A stretch of 64,000 bases of DNA, taken from positions 1-64,000 of the forward strand of contig OZ244719.1 in the NCBI GenBank assembly GCA_965219095.1, given 5' to 3'. This DNA comes from Bdellovibrionales bacterium (lineage in GTDB: Bacteria; Bdellovibrionota; Bdellovibrionia; Bdellovibrionales; UBA1609). A program made the translations under genes and the position numbers. A model generated the notes under the pieces. The model searched no databases. It saw only the letters and a list, made by a program, of their open reading frames with translations, and had not been told where the DNA came from. Numbering within the stretch: position 1 is the stretch's first letter; every line of letters begins with the position of its first letter. Below are positions 22,301-33,336 of the stretch, piece after piece.

Positions 22301-23970
22301 CCTAACTGCTCTCCTTTAGTTTTTTCCACTTTAGCCTCCTGAAAAGATAAATAAAAGGTAGTACCTTTATTTTCTTTGCTTTTTACAAAAATTTCAACCC
22401 CATGACTTATTAAAATTCTATGAGAAATAGCCATCCCTAAACCCGTACCCCTTGCTTTAGTCGTATAGAAAGGGTGGAAAAGATTTTTTAAAATCTCTTT
22501 CGACATACCACAGCCATTATCCTCAATCTTCAAAACAACTTTCCCTCCTTCATCATAAGAAGAGATCTCTAAATAAGGATCTTCTTTCTTATCCATAGCT
22601 TGATAGGCATTAAACAGGATGTTTAAAAGAGCTTGTTTTAGTTTATCAAAATGCCCCATAAAGCTCTTTTGGCTTCTAAACTCTAATTCATGAACTACAG
22701 CCTGTCTTATATCCTCGGAGACAAGATGGATAGACTCCCTTACAAGAAGTGCTACATCTATCAACTCCTCATCCCCTTTTTCATAACGAGAAAATTCTAA
22801 AAACTCCGATACAAGGTCATTCAAACGATCAAATTCTCTCAAAACAATAAAAAGAAGCTTTTGGTATTGGTCCTCTAAATCTAACTGTGAAAGCATCTGT
22901 AAACTACCGCTAATGCTCGCTAAAGGGTTTCTAATTTCATGAGCTAAACCTGCAGACAATTGTCCTATAGCAGCCATTTTTTCTTTTTGTTTTATGCTGT
23001 TTTCTAAGGCCTTTAACTCTGTTCTATCTTCAAAGATTACAATAAAACCTTTTTTCTTATTTTTTGTCTCATGAAATTCATTCCAATGAATTTCAAAAAC
23101 ACAGTCTTTTGTTTTAAATTCTCTAATGCCTTGTTTTTTCTTTAAAATTGCAGTCCATACCTCAGGCCAAACCTTGGGTAAAAAAACGCCCTCTTTAAAA
23201 AAAATCTCTCCCTTCTTTGCCCTATTATTCATAAATATAACTCTTCCTTTTTCATCTAAAGCCATAAAATTTAACAAGCTATTTTCTACAATAACTTGAT
23301 TAAAGTCTAGAAGAGCTTGAACTTTTAAACTCTGATCTTTTAAGACTGCCCTAAATATCTCTGATCGATTTAAAAATTGGAGACTAAAGAAACTAAAAAT
23401 AAAAAAAGAAACTCCATTTGTTATAAGTAAAAAATAAATGTTTCCAGAAAATACTTCTACACTAGTTGTTACACAGGTTAAAACAAAAACCTGCCAAGCT
23501 GCTAAAAGAAAAACTTCTCCTTTATCTAAGAGAAGCGTTCCCAAGAGAATGTTAATCAAGTAAAAAATTAAAAAAAAAGAAATTCCCAAATGAGTTTGGT
23601 AAATTAAAAAAGAAAGAAAAACAGCATCTAAAAATAAAAGAAACTTATGAGAGTGAGGAGATTTCCATAATCGGTCAACAAAAATAAAAACTGCATTCAC
23701 AAGAAAAAATAAAGAAAGAACTGAGTATAAGGGGATGGATAAAGAGGGTATAAGAAATTGAATATGAAAAAAATCAAAAGATAAAATCACTAAAGATACC
23801 GCAAAGAGAGGAAGCAATCTTATTTTTTGAAAAAGCTCTTTTTGTTCTTCCGAAACAAGAGTTTGCTTTTGAAATAAAGAATCCAAATCTATCAAAGTTT
23901 CTGGGTTTTTAAAAAAAATATAGTTTAAAATTTTATTCATTTTCTCTTTAAAGATTTTGTGCCATACCAA
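22297..23970 (-). CDS. pilS: Membrane sensor histidine kinase (PilS-like)
   Basis: Multiple TM helices, AHEIRNPL, DNGCG, GTGLG; directly downstream of pilC. Confidence 0.82.
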   Translation of the reverse strand: MVWHKIFKEKMNKILNYIFFKNPETLIDLDSLFQKQTLVSEEQKELFQKIRLLPLFAVSLVILSFDFFHIQFLIPSLSIPLYSVLSLFFLVNAVFIFVDRLWKSPHSHKFLLFLDAVFLSFLIYQTHLGISFFLIFYLINILLGTLLLDKGEVFLLAAWQVFVLTCVTTSVEVFSGNIYFLLITNGVSFFIFSFFSLQFLNRSEIFRAVLKDQSLKVQALLDFNQVIVENSLLNFMALDEKGRVIFMNNRAKKGEIFFKEGVFLPKVWPEVWTAILKKKQGIREFKTKDCVFEIHWNEFHETKNKKKGFIVIFEDRTELKALENSIKQKEKMAAIGQLSAGLAHEIRNPLASISGSLQMLSQLDLEDQYQKLLFIVLREFDRLNDLVSEFLEFSRYEKGDEELIDVALLVRESIHLVSEDIRQAVVHELEFRSQKSFMGHFDKLKQALLNILFNAYQAMDKKEDPYLEISSYDEGGKVVLKIEDNGCGMSKEILKNLFHPFYTTKARGTGLGMAISHRILISHGVEIFVKSKENKGTTFYLSFQEAKVEKTKGEQLG

Positions 23971-25153
23971 AAATCGGCAAATACATAGCTAAGACAAGAA
24001 TGGCCACAATAATCCCAATACCTATAAGCATAATCGGCTCTAAAAGACTTCCAAAAGTTTCTGCTGCATTCTCCACTTCATCTTCATAAAAATCAGCAAT
24101 TTTCCCAAACATAACATCCACAGAACCACTCTCTTCACCTACAGCAATCATTTGTACAATCATATTGGGAAATCTCTCTTGAGACCCAAAAGCTTCTTCC
24201 AAAGAAGCTCCCCTTACAATAAGCTTTTCAATATCTAATAAAATCTTTTTGTAAATCCAATTGCCAGCAATATCAGAACAAGTTTCCAAAACATTACTAA
24301 TGCGAATACCCGATTCAAAAAGAGTTGAAAAGGACCTTGAAAACCTTGCAATACAAGCTTTTTCTAAAAAAGATCCTAACAAAGGAGAATCCATAAGTAT
24401 TTTATCAATAATTTTTCTTCCTTCCCCTGTACTATAAATAAATTTAATCAATGTAATTATAGCAACCAGACCACCTAATATAACGTACCAATAATTAATA
24501 CACAGATCACTCAAAATTTGAACTTGCTCCGTAAGCCAAGGGAGGGATTTTCCTGATTTTACATACATACCTGTAAACCTAGGGAATACAAAAGCTAAAA
24601 GACCAAAAGTAACAAGGAGTGCAAAAATCAAAACCCCTACAGGATACATTAAAGCCCCTTTGATTTTCCTCTTTAAATTATTGGACTTCTCAATATAAAC
24701 AGCCAACCTCTCTAAAGTCTTATCTAAAATACCACTTATTTCACCGGCTTTAATTAAACTTGTGTAAATAAAATCAAAAGTCTTAGGATGGGAAGCCATA
24801 GCTTTATGAAGAGAAGATCCTTCTTCCAGACTGAGAACCACATCGGAAAGAACTTTCTTCATACTTATACTTTTTGAACCTTTAGAAATAGACTTGATAG
24901 CATTGACTATAGGAACACCTGACTTTATAAGAACAGCAAACTGTCTTGTGAAAATTTGAAGCTCTTTAGACTTGACTTTAAATTTAGAGGTCTTTTTCTT
25001 ACTTTGTCCTAAAGCATCAACGTTTTCAATCTGAATAGGTACAACCTTAAGATGCCTTATCTTGTTAGCCGCTTCCACAGCATCAACAGCTAAAACTTCA
25101 CCTACAATGACTTTACGATCTATATTATAGGCTTTAAATCTATATTTTTTCAT
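23948..25153 (-). CDS. pilC: Type IV pilus platform protein
   Basis: FTRQFAVLIKSG, AGEISG, ALMYP, VGEESG, LLEP, MYLPIF (GspF family). Confidence 0.93.
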   Translation of the reverse strand: MKKYRFKAYNIDRKVIVGEVLAVDAVEAANKIRHLKVVPIQIENVDALGQSKKKTSKFKVKSKELQIFTRQFAVLIKSGVPIVNAIKSISKGSKSISMKKVLSDVVLSLEEGSSLHKAMASHPKTFDFIYTSLIKAGEISGILDKTLERLAVYIEKSNNLKRKIKGALMYPVGVLIFALLVTFGLLAFVFPRFTGMYVKSGKSLPWLTEQVQILSDLCINYWYVILGGLVAIITLIKFIYSTGEGRKIIDKILMDSPLLGSFLEKACIARFSRSFSTLFESGIRISNVLETCSDIAGNWIYKKILLDIEKLIVRGASLEEAFGSQERFPNMIVQMIAVGEESGSVDVMFGKIADFYEDEVENAAETFGSLLEPIMLIGIGIIVAILVLAMYLPIFGMAQNL

Positions 25154-25163
25154 AAAAAAGCCC

Positions 25164-26252
25164 TCAAGCTATATTTTTTTTAAATCTAGTCGACTTCAAC
25201 TTTTGAGCCAGTTCATCAGGGGCGGGAGAACTACGAAAAGCCGTATCAACAGTAATGAGATTTCTCTCTATTAAACTAAGCAAAGCCTGATTCATAGTTA
25301 TCATACCTGTAGAGCCTTGGCCTGTCTGCATAAGACCATAGATTTGATGAAATTTCCCTTCTCTAATAAGGTTTTGAACATTAGGAGCTATTTTGAAAAT
25401 CTCAACAGCTAAGACCATTTTTCCATGAATGTTTTTTATAAGCTGTTGAGCATAAACAGCTCTTAAACACATGCTCAATTGACCTTGAACACGAGCTTGC
25501 TCTTCAGGAGGGAATTGACCTAAAATTCTCTGAAGAGTTCCAACAGCTGTATTTGTATGAAGTGTTGAAAACACCAACTGACCTGACTCTGCTAAACAAA
25601 GAGCTATTTCAATGGATTCATATGTCCTTAATTCTCCTATAAAACAAATATCAACATCTTGTCGTAAAAGACTTTTCATTCCATTTTCCAAACTATAAGT
25701 ATCAAGACCCACCTCTCTTTGATTGAAAATACTCTTCGTGTGTTGAAAATTGTACTCTATAGGATCTTCTAAGGTTACAATATGCTTCCGACTTTCTTTT
25801 CCTAAAGCATTTAACAAGGAAGCAATAGTTGTAGTTTTACCTGAGCCTGTCGTTCCTGTTACAAGAACTAAACCTGACTTGTATTCACTTAAGTTAAGAA
25901 CTGTAGGAGGCAAGCCTAAAGTATGAAGTTCTGGAATTTTACTAGGCACAATACGGAAAACTCCTGATAAAACACCTTTTTGAAAGAAAGCATTTCCCCT
26001 ACAACGACACAATTCTTTGATTTCAAAACTAAAATCAAAATCTTTCTTCTCTTCTAAAATAGATTTCTGTCTATCCGTTAAAATAGAATAAATGATTTGT
26101 CTTGTATCTTCTGAACTAAGTGGTTTGGTTTTTAGTGGGATAGCATCGCCAAAAGTACGTACCACAGGAGGAGCACCAGCTACAATATGCACATCAGAAG
26201 CATTAAATTTTAAAGCAACTTTTAAAATTTGCAACATAGAAATCATCATCAA
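25164..26252 (-). CDS. pilT: Type IV pilus retraction ATPase
   Basis: ASDVH, GTTGSGKTT, TLEDPIE, NQREVG, STLHT, NLIRE, GMITMNQAL. Confidence 0.88.
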   Translation of the reverse strand: MMMISMLQILKVALKFNASDVHIVAGAPPVVRTFGDAIPLKTKPLSSEDTRQIIYSILTDRQKSILEEKKDFDFSFEIKELCRCRGNAFFQKGVLSGVFRIVPSKIPELHTLGLPPTVLNLSEYKSGLVLVTGTTGSGKTTTIASLLNALGKESRKHIVTLEDPIEYNFQHTKSIFNQREVGLDTYSLENGMKSLLRQDVDICFIGELRTYESIEIALCLAESGQLVFSTLHTNTAVGTLQRILGQFPPEEQARVQGQLSMCLRAVYAQQLIKNIHGKMVLAVEIFKIAPNVQNLIREGKFHQIYGLMQTGQGSTGMITMNQALLSLIERNLITVDTAFRSSPAPDELAQKLKSTRFKKNIA

Positions 26253-27997
26253 TCTCCTATAGAGCTATTGAGAACTTCTTCTACAGTCGTCAGCCCTTTT
26301 TTTAATTTCTCAAGAGCACTCACACGCAAAGTCATCATGCCCGATTCAATAGCTCTTTTCTTTAATTCAATAGGACTTAAGCCTTTCAAAATACCTGTTT
26401 TGATTTCATCTGACATAGGTAAAACCTCATGAATTGCAATACGTCCTGCTAAACCTGTTTCTCCACAATGATTGCAACCTTGCCCCCTTTGAAGATTTTG
26501 AAACTGATCTAAGCTATTTTGAGAGACTCCCAAATCCAATAAAATATTATGGGGAACTGCCACCTTTTCAGTACACTTTGAACAATTTGTTTTAAGAAGT
26601 CGTTGAGCAACAATTAAAGTTGTAGATTCAGCAACTAAGAAATTTGCAAGTCCCATATCTAAAAGACGACCCACCGTAGATATAGAATCATTCGTATGTA
26701 AAGTGCTAACTACTAAATGTCCTGTAGATGCTGCCTTATAAGCCACATTAGCTGTTTCTAAGTCACGAATCTCACCCACCATAATGATGTCAGGATCTTG
26801 TCTTAAAAAAGATCTTAAAGCGTTTGCAAAAGTAAAATTAATTTCATGATTAATTTGAACTTGATTAATACCATCTAAGTTAAATTCTACAGGATCTTCT
26901 GCTGTAGAAATATTCACCTTAGGTTGGTTGAGTTCCTCTAAACAAGAATAAATGGTTGTTGTTTTACCACTTCCTGTAGGGCCTGTTATGAGAATCATTC
27001 CTTGAGGAAGATCAATGGCTTTAAGAAGAATACCTAATTGCTCTTCCTCAAAACCCAGTTTTTTCATGTCCACTTGAAGGTTAGACTTATCTAAAACACG
27101 GAGAACAATTTTTTCTCCAAAAAGAGTAGGGAGACAACTTACACGAAAATCCACATCCTTGCCCTTCTCTAAGCGAACTTTTAAACGACCATCTTGAGGA
27201 TGTCTGCGTTCACTAATATCTAAGTTGCTCATAACTTTAATACGACTTGTTAAAGCTGCTGCCACACCTTGAATGGGTTCCATTTTCTGTATAAGGGAGC
27301 CATCTAAGCGAAAACGAATTCTCAACCTTTTTTCATAAGGTTCAATATGAATATCAGAAGCTTTTGTACGTATAGCTTCTGACAAAAGAAGGTTAATAAA
27401 CTTCACAACAGGACCATCCGTAGGTTTTACTTTTGTCAGAGAATAAGCATTGTCATTAACTTTCACTGTGGAATCAACATCATTTTCTAACTCAGAAAGA
27501 ATTGTTTGAAATTTAACAGAATAACCATAATAACCATCAATATCCCTTCGAATGGCTGACTCGGAAGCAATTACAAATTCAACTTTACAACGAGTCATAA
27601 GAGCTAGATCATTTTTTATATGACTGCTTGTGGGATCAGAAATAGCCACAATTAAAATATTATCTGCTTTTGAAAGAGGTAAAATACCGTACTTTTCACA
27701 AACAGTTTTAGGAATTAACTTTAAAGCTTCTTTTTCGATTTCAAAGTTATTTAAATCTATAACTGAATAATCATATTTTTCACTTAAAATATCAGTCAAC
27801 TCAGCTTCACTAATATAATCTAAATCTAAAAGTATAGATGTAAAACGTCCTCCAGTATGCCTTTGAATTTTATAAGCTTCTTCAACCTGCTCAAGAGTCA
27901 CAAGACTTTCTTTTACCAAAAATTCACCCAAAGCTTTTTGACTGCTATATTGACCTTGAAGACTGCTTCTTTTCTTTAATGATTTAATTCTGCTCAC
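26249..27997 (-). CDS. pilB: Type IV pilus assembly ATPase
   Basis: ASDIHIEP, PQDGR, GPTGSGKTT, LRQDPD, two CxxC pairs. Confidence 0.93.
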   Translation of the reverse strand: MSRIKSLKKRSSLQGQYSSQKALGEFLVKESLVTLEQVEEAYKIQRHTGGRFTSILLDLDYISEAELTDILSEKYDYSVIDLNNFEIEKEALKLIPKTVCEKYGILPLSKADNILIVAISDPTSSHIKNDLALMTRCKVEFVIASESAIRRDIDGYYGYSVKFQTILSELENDVDSTVKVNDNAYSLTKVKPTDGPVVKFINLLLSEAIRTKASDIHIEPYEKRLRIRFRLDGSLIQKMEPIQGVAAALTSRIKVMSNLDISERRHPQDGRLKVRLEKGKDVDFRVSCLPTLFGEKIVLRVLDKSNLQVDMKKLGFEEEQLGILLKAIDLPQGMILITGPTGSGKTTTIYSCLEELNQPKVNISTAEDPVEFNLDGINQVQINHEINFTFANALRSFLRQDPDIIMVGEIRDLETANVAYKAASTGHLVVSTLHTNDSISTVGRLLDMGLANFLVAESTTLIVAQRLLKTNCSKCTEKVAVPHNILLDLGVSQNSLDQFQNLQRGQGCNHCGETGLAGRIAIHEVLPMSDEIKTGILKGLSPIELKKRAIESGMMTLRVSALEKLKKGLTTVEEVLNSSIGD

Positions 27998-28072
27998 AAA
28001 AAAAACCTCCTTCTTACTGAACGTATCGTCAAAAACAAGCTTTTTTTAAAGAGATAAACACAGCCTAAAGTC

Positions 28073-29056
28073 TTAATTCACTTTATTTTTTATGAAAAAA
28101 ATTTTTGCTTTTTCTAAATCCTTATCAATTTGAAACACCAAATCCTTTGCAGAAGGAAACTTAACCTCATCTCTTAAAAACTGTAAGAACTCTACTCTAA
28201 TAGTCTCTCCATAAAAATCAGAGAGCTTGTCAAGAAGAAAAGTCTCAATATAGACTTTCACCTTAGAGGCTCTAAAAGTAGGACGATAGCCTAAATTTGT
28301 AATAGAATGGTATTTTCTTCCTCTCAATTCACAATAAGTAAAGTAAACTCCTTTTTTTAAAAATTCGGAAGATTCAGAAGACATGTTAGCTGTTGGAAAA
28401 CCTAACCCCTTACCCCTTCCATCACCTTTTTCAACAACTCCTGACAAACAAAAAGGACGATTCAAAAGAAAGTTAACTGATTTCATATCTCCTCTCATAG
28501 CTGCTTGTCTGATACGTGTGCTGGAAACTCTCTGGCCTCTCCAGATCACAGAAGGAACTTCTTCTAAACTCACTGAACTTTTTTCACAAAAAGATCTTAA
28601 CTCTTTACCACTGCCATGACGATCTCTTCCAAATGAAAAATCACAACCCACAACAAGGGCCTTTGCTTTCATCTTATCTATAAGAATCCTATAAAAAAAA
28701 TCTTCAGCAGACATAAGAGAAAACTCTTTGGTAAATTTTTGTAAAACAAAGTAATCGACATTTTCTTTTTTCAATTGTAATTTTAAATCTTCATGACTAA
28801 AAAGTTGGAAATGTTCTTCAGATTTTGATGACAAAACCTGTTCGGGATGGGGGTAAAAACTTAAAACTAAAGAACAAAGCTTTTTTTTATAAGCCACTTC
28901 TTTTAAAATTTTAACTAACTTTTGATGCCCTATATGAAAGCCATCAAAATTTCCAATTGTCACAACTGATGACTTTAAGTTTCTTTCACTCTTGTACAAA
29001 TCGTAAACAGCTTCCACAACAAACTTTACTCTTTCTGATAAGATTGCTGAATCCAC
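28073..29056 (-). CDS. ribF: Bifunctional riboflavin kinase/FAD synthetase
   Basis: IGNFDGFHIGH, VSSTRIR, GRGKGLGFPTAN. Confidence 0.95.
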   Translation of the reverse strand: MDSAILSERVKFVVEAVYDLYKSERNLKSSVVTIGNFDGFHIGHQKLVKILKEVAYKKKLCSLVLSFYPHPEQVLSSKSEEHFQLFSHEDLKLQLKKENVDYFVLQKFTKEFSLMSAEDFFYRILIDKMKAKALVVGCDFSFGRDRHGSGKELRSFCEKSSVSLEEVPSVIWRGQRVSSTRIRQAAMRGDMKSVNFLLNRPFCLSGVVEKGDGRGKGLGFPTANMSSESSEFLKKGVYFTYCELRGRKYHSITNLGYRPTFRASKVKVYIETFLLDKLSDFYGETIRVEFLQFLRDEVKFPSAKDLVFQIDKDLEKAKIFFIKNKVN

Positions 29057-29511
29057 TGAATCTCTAAAGGAAGATGCTGCAAGGAACGAACTAAAAAACT
29101 AGCTTTCACTGGAGATAGATCATCAATTTGCAATCTCCCTTGATGCAATTCAGATTTTAATGAAGTCAGTTCCAAAAAAAGCTTCTTATCGCTTAAAATA
29201 TGAAAGACCTCTTTTTTTAACTCTAAAGAGTCTATTTGATTTAAGACAAGAGAAAACTTTAAAGGACCATCAAGGGTGCTAGCTTCTGAAGAATTCCCAA
29301 ACCTCTCTACTTCAGAGGTCAAATCAAAACCTTCATCAAGAGACGGCGGCTTATCACTTTCTTTTAATTCTAAAGTTTTATTAGCTTTAAGATCAAAGTT
29401 TTCTTCACAATCCATAAGACTGATTTCATTTTTACAATGAGGACAATGGAGGGACTGAGCTTCTAAGTCAATATCTTCTAAGGGCTTCTGACAATAAGGA
29501 CATTCGTACAT
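29026..29511 (-). CDS. Hypothetical protein with N-terminal zinc ribbon
   Basis: CPYC...CPHC; in operon between secA and ribF. Confidence 0.75.
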   Translation of the reverse strand: MYECPYCQKPLEDIDLEAQSLHCPHCKNEISLMDCEENFDLKANKTLELKESDKPPSLDEGFDLTSEVERFGNSSEASTLDGPLKFSLVLNQIDSLELKKEVFHILSDKKLFLELTSLKSELHQGRLQIDDLSPVKASFLVRSLQHLPLEIQWIQQSYQKE

Positions 29512-29528
29512 AAAAAGTTTTTCTCCTT

Positions 29529-32180
29529 TTAACGAAACTTTATTTTTTTACGAGTTTTTTTCTGATGCCGTCTTCTCTCAGCACGATTTTGATACACAGG
29601 CTCTCTTTCATTCATTTGATTAGAGGAAAAACTCTCAACATCTTTAGTTCTTTGAGGCATACTCATACTTAATTCTGGAGCAGAATAGTTTAAATCTTGT
29701 GTTTGTTCAAAAGAAAGATTGCGACCTATATCATCACTTTCTTGAATTTGAATCTTTAAGAAAGTTTCTATAACTTCTCTCTTAATCGCTAAATCCATCT
29801 CTTTAAACAAAGAAAAAGTTTCTTTTTTGTATTCAATCAGAGGATCTTTTTGAGCAAAAGCTCTTAAATTAACACCCTCCTTTAAATGATCTACGTTTTG
29901 TAAATGGCTTTTCCAGTAGCTATCAATGTTTTGAAGCATTAAGAATTTCTGTAAATCCTCAAGATGAGGTTTTAAAGACTCTTTTTTCCTATCATAAATT
30001 TCTTTAACCCCTTTTTGAACTCTTTCAATGATTTGTTCCCCTGTTTTATTTTTTATCATTTCCTCTTCTAGCTGAAATCCAAATTGTTTTTTTAAAACAC
30101 CTTTTAAGTTCTCTAAGTCCCACTCCTTAAGTGTTTTCTGTTCATCAGCATAAGTGTCTAAAAAGTAGGATAAAACATCACCCAACATATCCAACATCAC
30201 TCTCTCAATATTTTTACCTTCTAAGATCTCCCTTCTTTTAGAATAAATGATCTGCCTTTGTTTGTTCATCACATCATCATATTCCAAAATATGTTTTCTG
30301 ATATCAAAGTTATAACCCTCTACTTTTTTTTGAGCTCCTTCAATAGCTCTTGTGACCATGCGAGCTTCAAGAGGTTCATCATCCGGCACATTCAAAGTGG
30401 TCATAATCTTTTGAATTCTTTCACCATTAAAAATTCTCATAAGATTGTCTTCCAAAGATAAATAAAACCTTGAGGCTCCTGGATCTCCTTGACGTCCTGA
30501 ACGTCCTCTTAACTGATTATCAATACGTCTCGAATCATGCCTTTCAGTGCCAACCACACAAAGTCCTCCCGCCTGAAGAACTTCTTTTTTTTCTGCTTCA
30601 CACTGTCCTTTTAACTTTTCTAGAGTTTCAACATAATCAGGAGAATCAGATAAAATATCTCTTTTAGCTAAAAACTCAGGATTCCCTCCTAAAACAATAT
30701 CCGTTCCCCGACCTGCCATATTAGTAGCAATAGTGACCGCATTTTTACGACCTGCCTGAGCTACAATCTCAGCCTCTCTTTCATGGTTTTTAGCATTCAA
30801 AACATTATGAGCAATATCTAAACCCTTTAATTTTTGACTTAGTTTTTCAGACTTTTCAATACTTGTAGTTCCCACTAAAACAGGTTGACCTTTTTTTCTC
30901 CTCCCTTCCACATCTTTTGCAATTGCTTTGTATTTAGCTACTTCCGTTTTATAAATCACATCGTTTTCGTCCACTCTTCGAATGAGTTCATTCGTAGGAA
31001 TTACCATAACATCTAAATTGTAGATTTTCTTAAACTCAACAGCCTCTGTTTCAGCTGTTCCTGTCATACCAGAAAGTTTCTCATACATTCTAAAGTAATT
31101 TTGAAAAGTAATCGAAGCTAAAGTTTGATTTTCATTTCTCACCTTTAAGTTCTCTTTAGCTTCAATAGCCTGATGAAGACCCTCGCTCCAACGTCGTCCA
31201 GGTAAAAGTCTTCCTGTAAATTCATCTACAATCATCACCTCACCGTCTTTGACCATATAATCAACATCCTTTTTATAAAGATGGTAGGCCTTTAAACCTT
31301 GGTAAATATGATGGAGTAAAGAAATATGTTTGTAATCATAAAGATTCTCAACCCCTAAAAGTTTTTCTACAAAAGTGTTCCCCTCTTCTGTAAGAAATGC
31401 TGTTTTGGTCTTTTCTTCTGTAGTAAAATGTTTCTCTGATGTGAGTTGTGGAATGATTTTATTGATTTCATAATATTTGTCTGTAGATTCTTCGGATGAT
31501 CCTGAAATGATCAAAGGTGTTCTGGCTTCATCAATTAAAATAGAATCACATTCATCTACAATAGCAAAATTAAGTTTTCTTTGCACATAGTATTGAATGT
31601 CAAATTTCATGTTATCCCTTAAATAGTCAAAACCAAATTCATTGTTCACACCATAAGTGATGTCTGAAGCGTAAGCTTTTTTTCTTTGCTCATCGTTGAG
31701 GCTATTGAAAATCGTTCCTGTCGTAAGATTTAAAAAATGATAAATTTCAGACATCCAAGCACAATCTCTTTTAGCTAGGTAATCGTTCACTGTAATCAAA
31801 TGAGCACCTTTTCCTGTAAGAGCATTCAAATAAATGGACAAAGTGGCTACAAGCGTTTTTCCTTCACCTGTTTTCATCTCTGCAATCTGACCTCGATGAA
31901 GAGCAATACCTCCTATCAACTGTACATCATAATGACGCATAAAAAGCCGTCTCTTAGATGCTTCGCGACAAGAAGCAAAGGCTTCCGGTAAAAGAGAATC
32001 CAAACTCTCACCTTTTTCCAACCGTCCTTTGAATTCAGCTGTCTTACCCTTTAATTGATCATCAGAAAGCTCTGCAAATTGTTTTTCAAAACTGTTAATC
32101 CTATCGACTAAAGGCCTTAAATTTTTTAACTGACGTTCATATTCTGTTCCTATAAATTTAGATATCACCCTTTTTAACAT
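29529..32180 (-). CDS. secA: Preprotein translocase ATPase SecA
   Basis: EMKTGEGKT, TNMAGRGTDI, RRIDNQLRGRSGRQGDPG. Confidence 0.98.
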   Translation of the reverse strand: MLKRVISKFIGTEYERQLKNLRPLVDRINSFEKQFAELSDDQLKGKTAEFKGRLEKGESLDSLLPEAFASCREASKRRLFMRHYDVQLIGGIALHRGQIAEMKTGEGKTLVATLSIYLNALTGKGAHLITVNDYLAKRDCAWMSEIYHFLNLTTGTIFNSLNDEQRKKAYASDITYGVNNEFGFDYLRDNMKFDIQYYVQRKLNFAIVDECDSILIDEARTPLIISGSSEESTDKYYEINKIIPQLTSEKHFTTEEKTKTAFLTEEGNTFVEKLLGVENLYDYKHISLLHHIYQGLKAYHLYKKDVDYMVKDGEVMIVDEFTGRLLPGRRWSEGLHQAIEAKENLKVRNENQTLASITFQNYFRMYEKLSGMTGTAETEAVEFKKIYNLDVMVIPTNELIRRVDENDVIYKTEVAKYKAIAKDVEGRRKKGQPVLVGTTSIEKSEKLSQKLKGLDIAHNVLNAKNHEREAEIVAQAGRKNAVTIATNMAGRGTDIVLGGNPEFLAKRDILSDSPDYVETLEKLKGQCEAEKKEVLQAGGLCVVGTERHDSRRIDNQLRGRSGRQGDPGASRFYLSLEDNLMRIFNGERIQKIMTTLNVPDDEPLEARMVTRAIEGAQKKVEGYNFDIRKHILEYDDVMNKQRQIIYSKRREILEGKNIERVMLDMLGDVLSYFLDTYADEQKTLKEWDLENLKGVLKKQFGFQLEEEMIKNKTGEQIIERVQKGVKEIYDRKKESLKPHLEDLQKFLMLQNIDSYWKSHLQNVDHLKEGVNLRAFAQKDPLIEYKKETFSLFKEMDLAIKREVIETFLKIQIQESDDIGRNLSFEQTQDLNYSAPELSMSMPQRTKDVESFSSNQMNEREPVYQNRAERRRHQKKTRKKIKFR

Positions 32181-32270
32181 AGGCCTTTATTTTAACGGTA
32201 AAAATTTTTTTTGTCCATCTTTAAAAGAAAGCTCTCTGTGAAGAGTTGTTCATCTCTGTATAAAAGAGTG

Positions 32271-32861
32271 TTAATGTTCTTTAACACCTTTGAAACTCTT
32301 CCGATGTTCACAAGTAGGCCCCCATTTCACTAAAGCCTTCCTATGCTCTCTTGTCCCATAGCCTTTATTTCTATGGAGGCCATACTCTGGATGCTTAAGG
32401 GAAAGTTTAGCTAAATGTTCATCTCTAAAAACTTTGGCCACAATGGAGGCTGCGGAAATAGGTTTTGCTTTTCTATCTCCTTGAATTAAAGTTGTTTGTA
32501 AATAACCTTTCAAACCTTTGATTTCAAACCTTCCATCAACTAAAATTTTTCTTTCTTCTGGAGAGGTTTTTAAATCTAAAACAGCTCTTTTCATGGCTAA
32601 CAAAGAGGCCTGTAAAATGTTCAATTCATCAATTTCTTTTACCGAAGCCCAAGCTAAAGACACTTTATAAGACTGATGAATGTGTAAAGATAAACGTTTT
32701 CTTATTTCAGAACTTAAAAGTTTTGAATCTGTATAATGCACAATCTCTGAATCCTCTTGACCTTGAAATAAAACAGCAGCCGCACAAACCGGACCTGCTA
32801 AACAACCTCGACCAACCTCATCAACTCCTATAACAGGAACATAACTCTGCCAGTCAAACAC
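32271..32861 (-). CDS. rnhB: Ribonuclease HII
   Basis: GVDEVGRGCLAGPV, DSK, AASIVAKV.RD. Confidence 0.96.
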   Translation of the reverse strand: MFDWQSYVPVIGVDEVGRGCLAGPVCAAAVLFQGQEDSEIVHYTDSKLLSSEIRKRLSLHIHQSYKVSLAWASVKEIDELNILQASLLAMKRAVLDLKTSPEERKILVDGRFEIKGLKGYLQTTLIQGDRKAKPISAASIVAKVFRDEHLAKLSLKHPEYGLHRNKGYGTREHRKALVKWGPTCEHRKSFKGVKEH

Positions 32862-33326
32862 TTACTCGGAACCGTTTTCAGAAGAATTTGTACTCTGAGA
32901 AAACCCTTCCTCTCTTTGTTCTTCTTCTTGTTGAGATGTTTTAGAACTTGTTTTTTTCTTTTCAGAAAATGATAAATCGTCTCTTTTCATTTCAATTCTA
33001 GCTGCCCTTCCTTTTCTTTGTCTTAAATAAAAAAGACGACTTTGCCTTACTTTGCCTCTAGATTCCACAACAATCTGGTTGAGAACAGGACTTGTAAAAG
33101 GAAAAGTTCTTTCCACACCCACACCCCCAGAGATTTTACGAACTGTAAAATTACGTCCCATACCCTCTCCTCTGACTTTTAAAACAGTCCCTTTAAAAAC
33201 CTGAATTCTTTCCTTGCTACCTTCTTTAACTTTTACATGAACTGAAACCACATCACCTGACTTAAAAAAAGGATGCTTTTTCACATTTTTCAAAAGACCT
33301 AGAGTCACTTTCTGAGTTAATTGCAT
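32862..33326 (-). CDS. rplS: 50S ribosomal protein L19
   Basis: KEGSKERIQVFKG, FTVRKISGGVGVERTFP. Confidence 0.96.
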   Translation of the reverse strand: MQLTQKVTLGLLKNVKKHPFFKSGDVVSVHVKVKEGSKERIQVFKGTVLKVRGEGMGRNFTVRKISGGVGVERTFPFTSPVLNQIVVESRGKVRQSRLFYLRQRKGRAARIEMKRDDLSFSEKKKTSSKTSQQEEEQREEGFSQSTNSSENGSE

Positions 33327-33336
33327 AAACTAAGGC

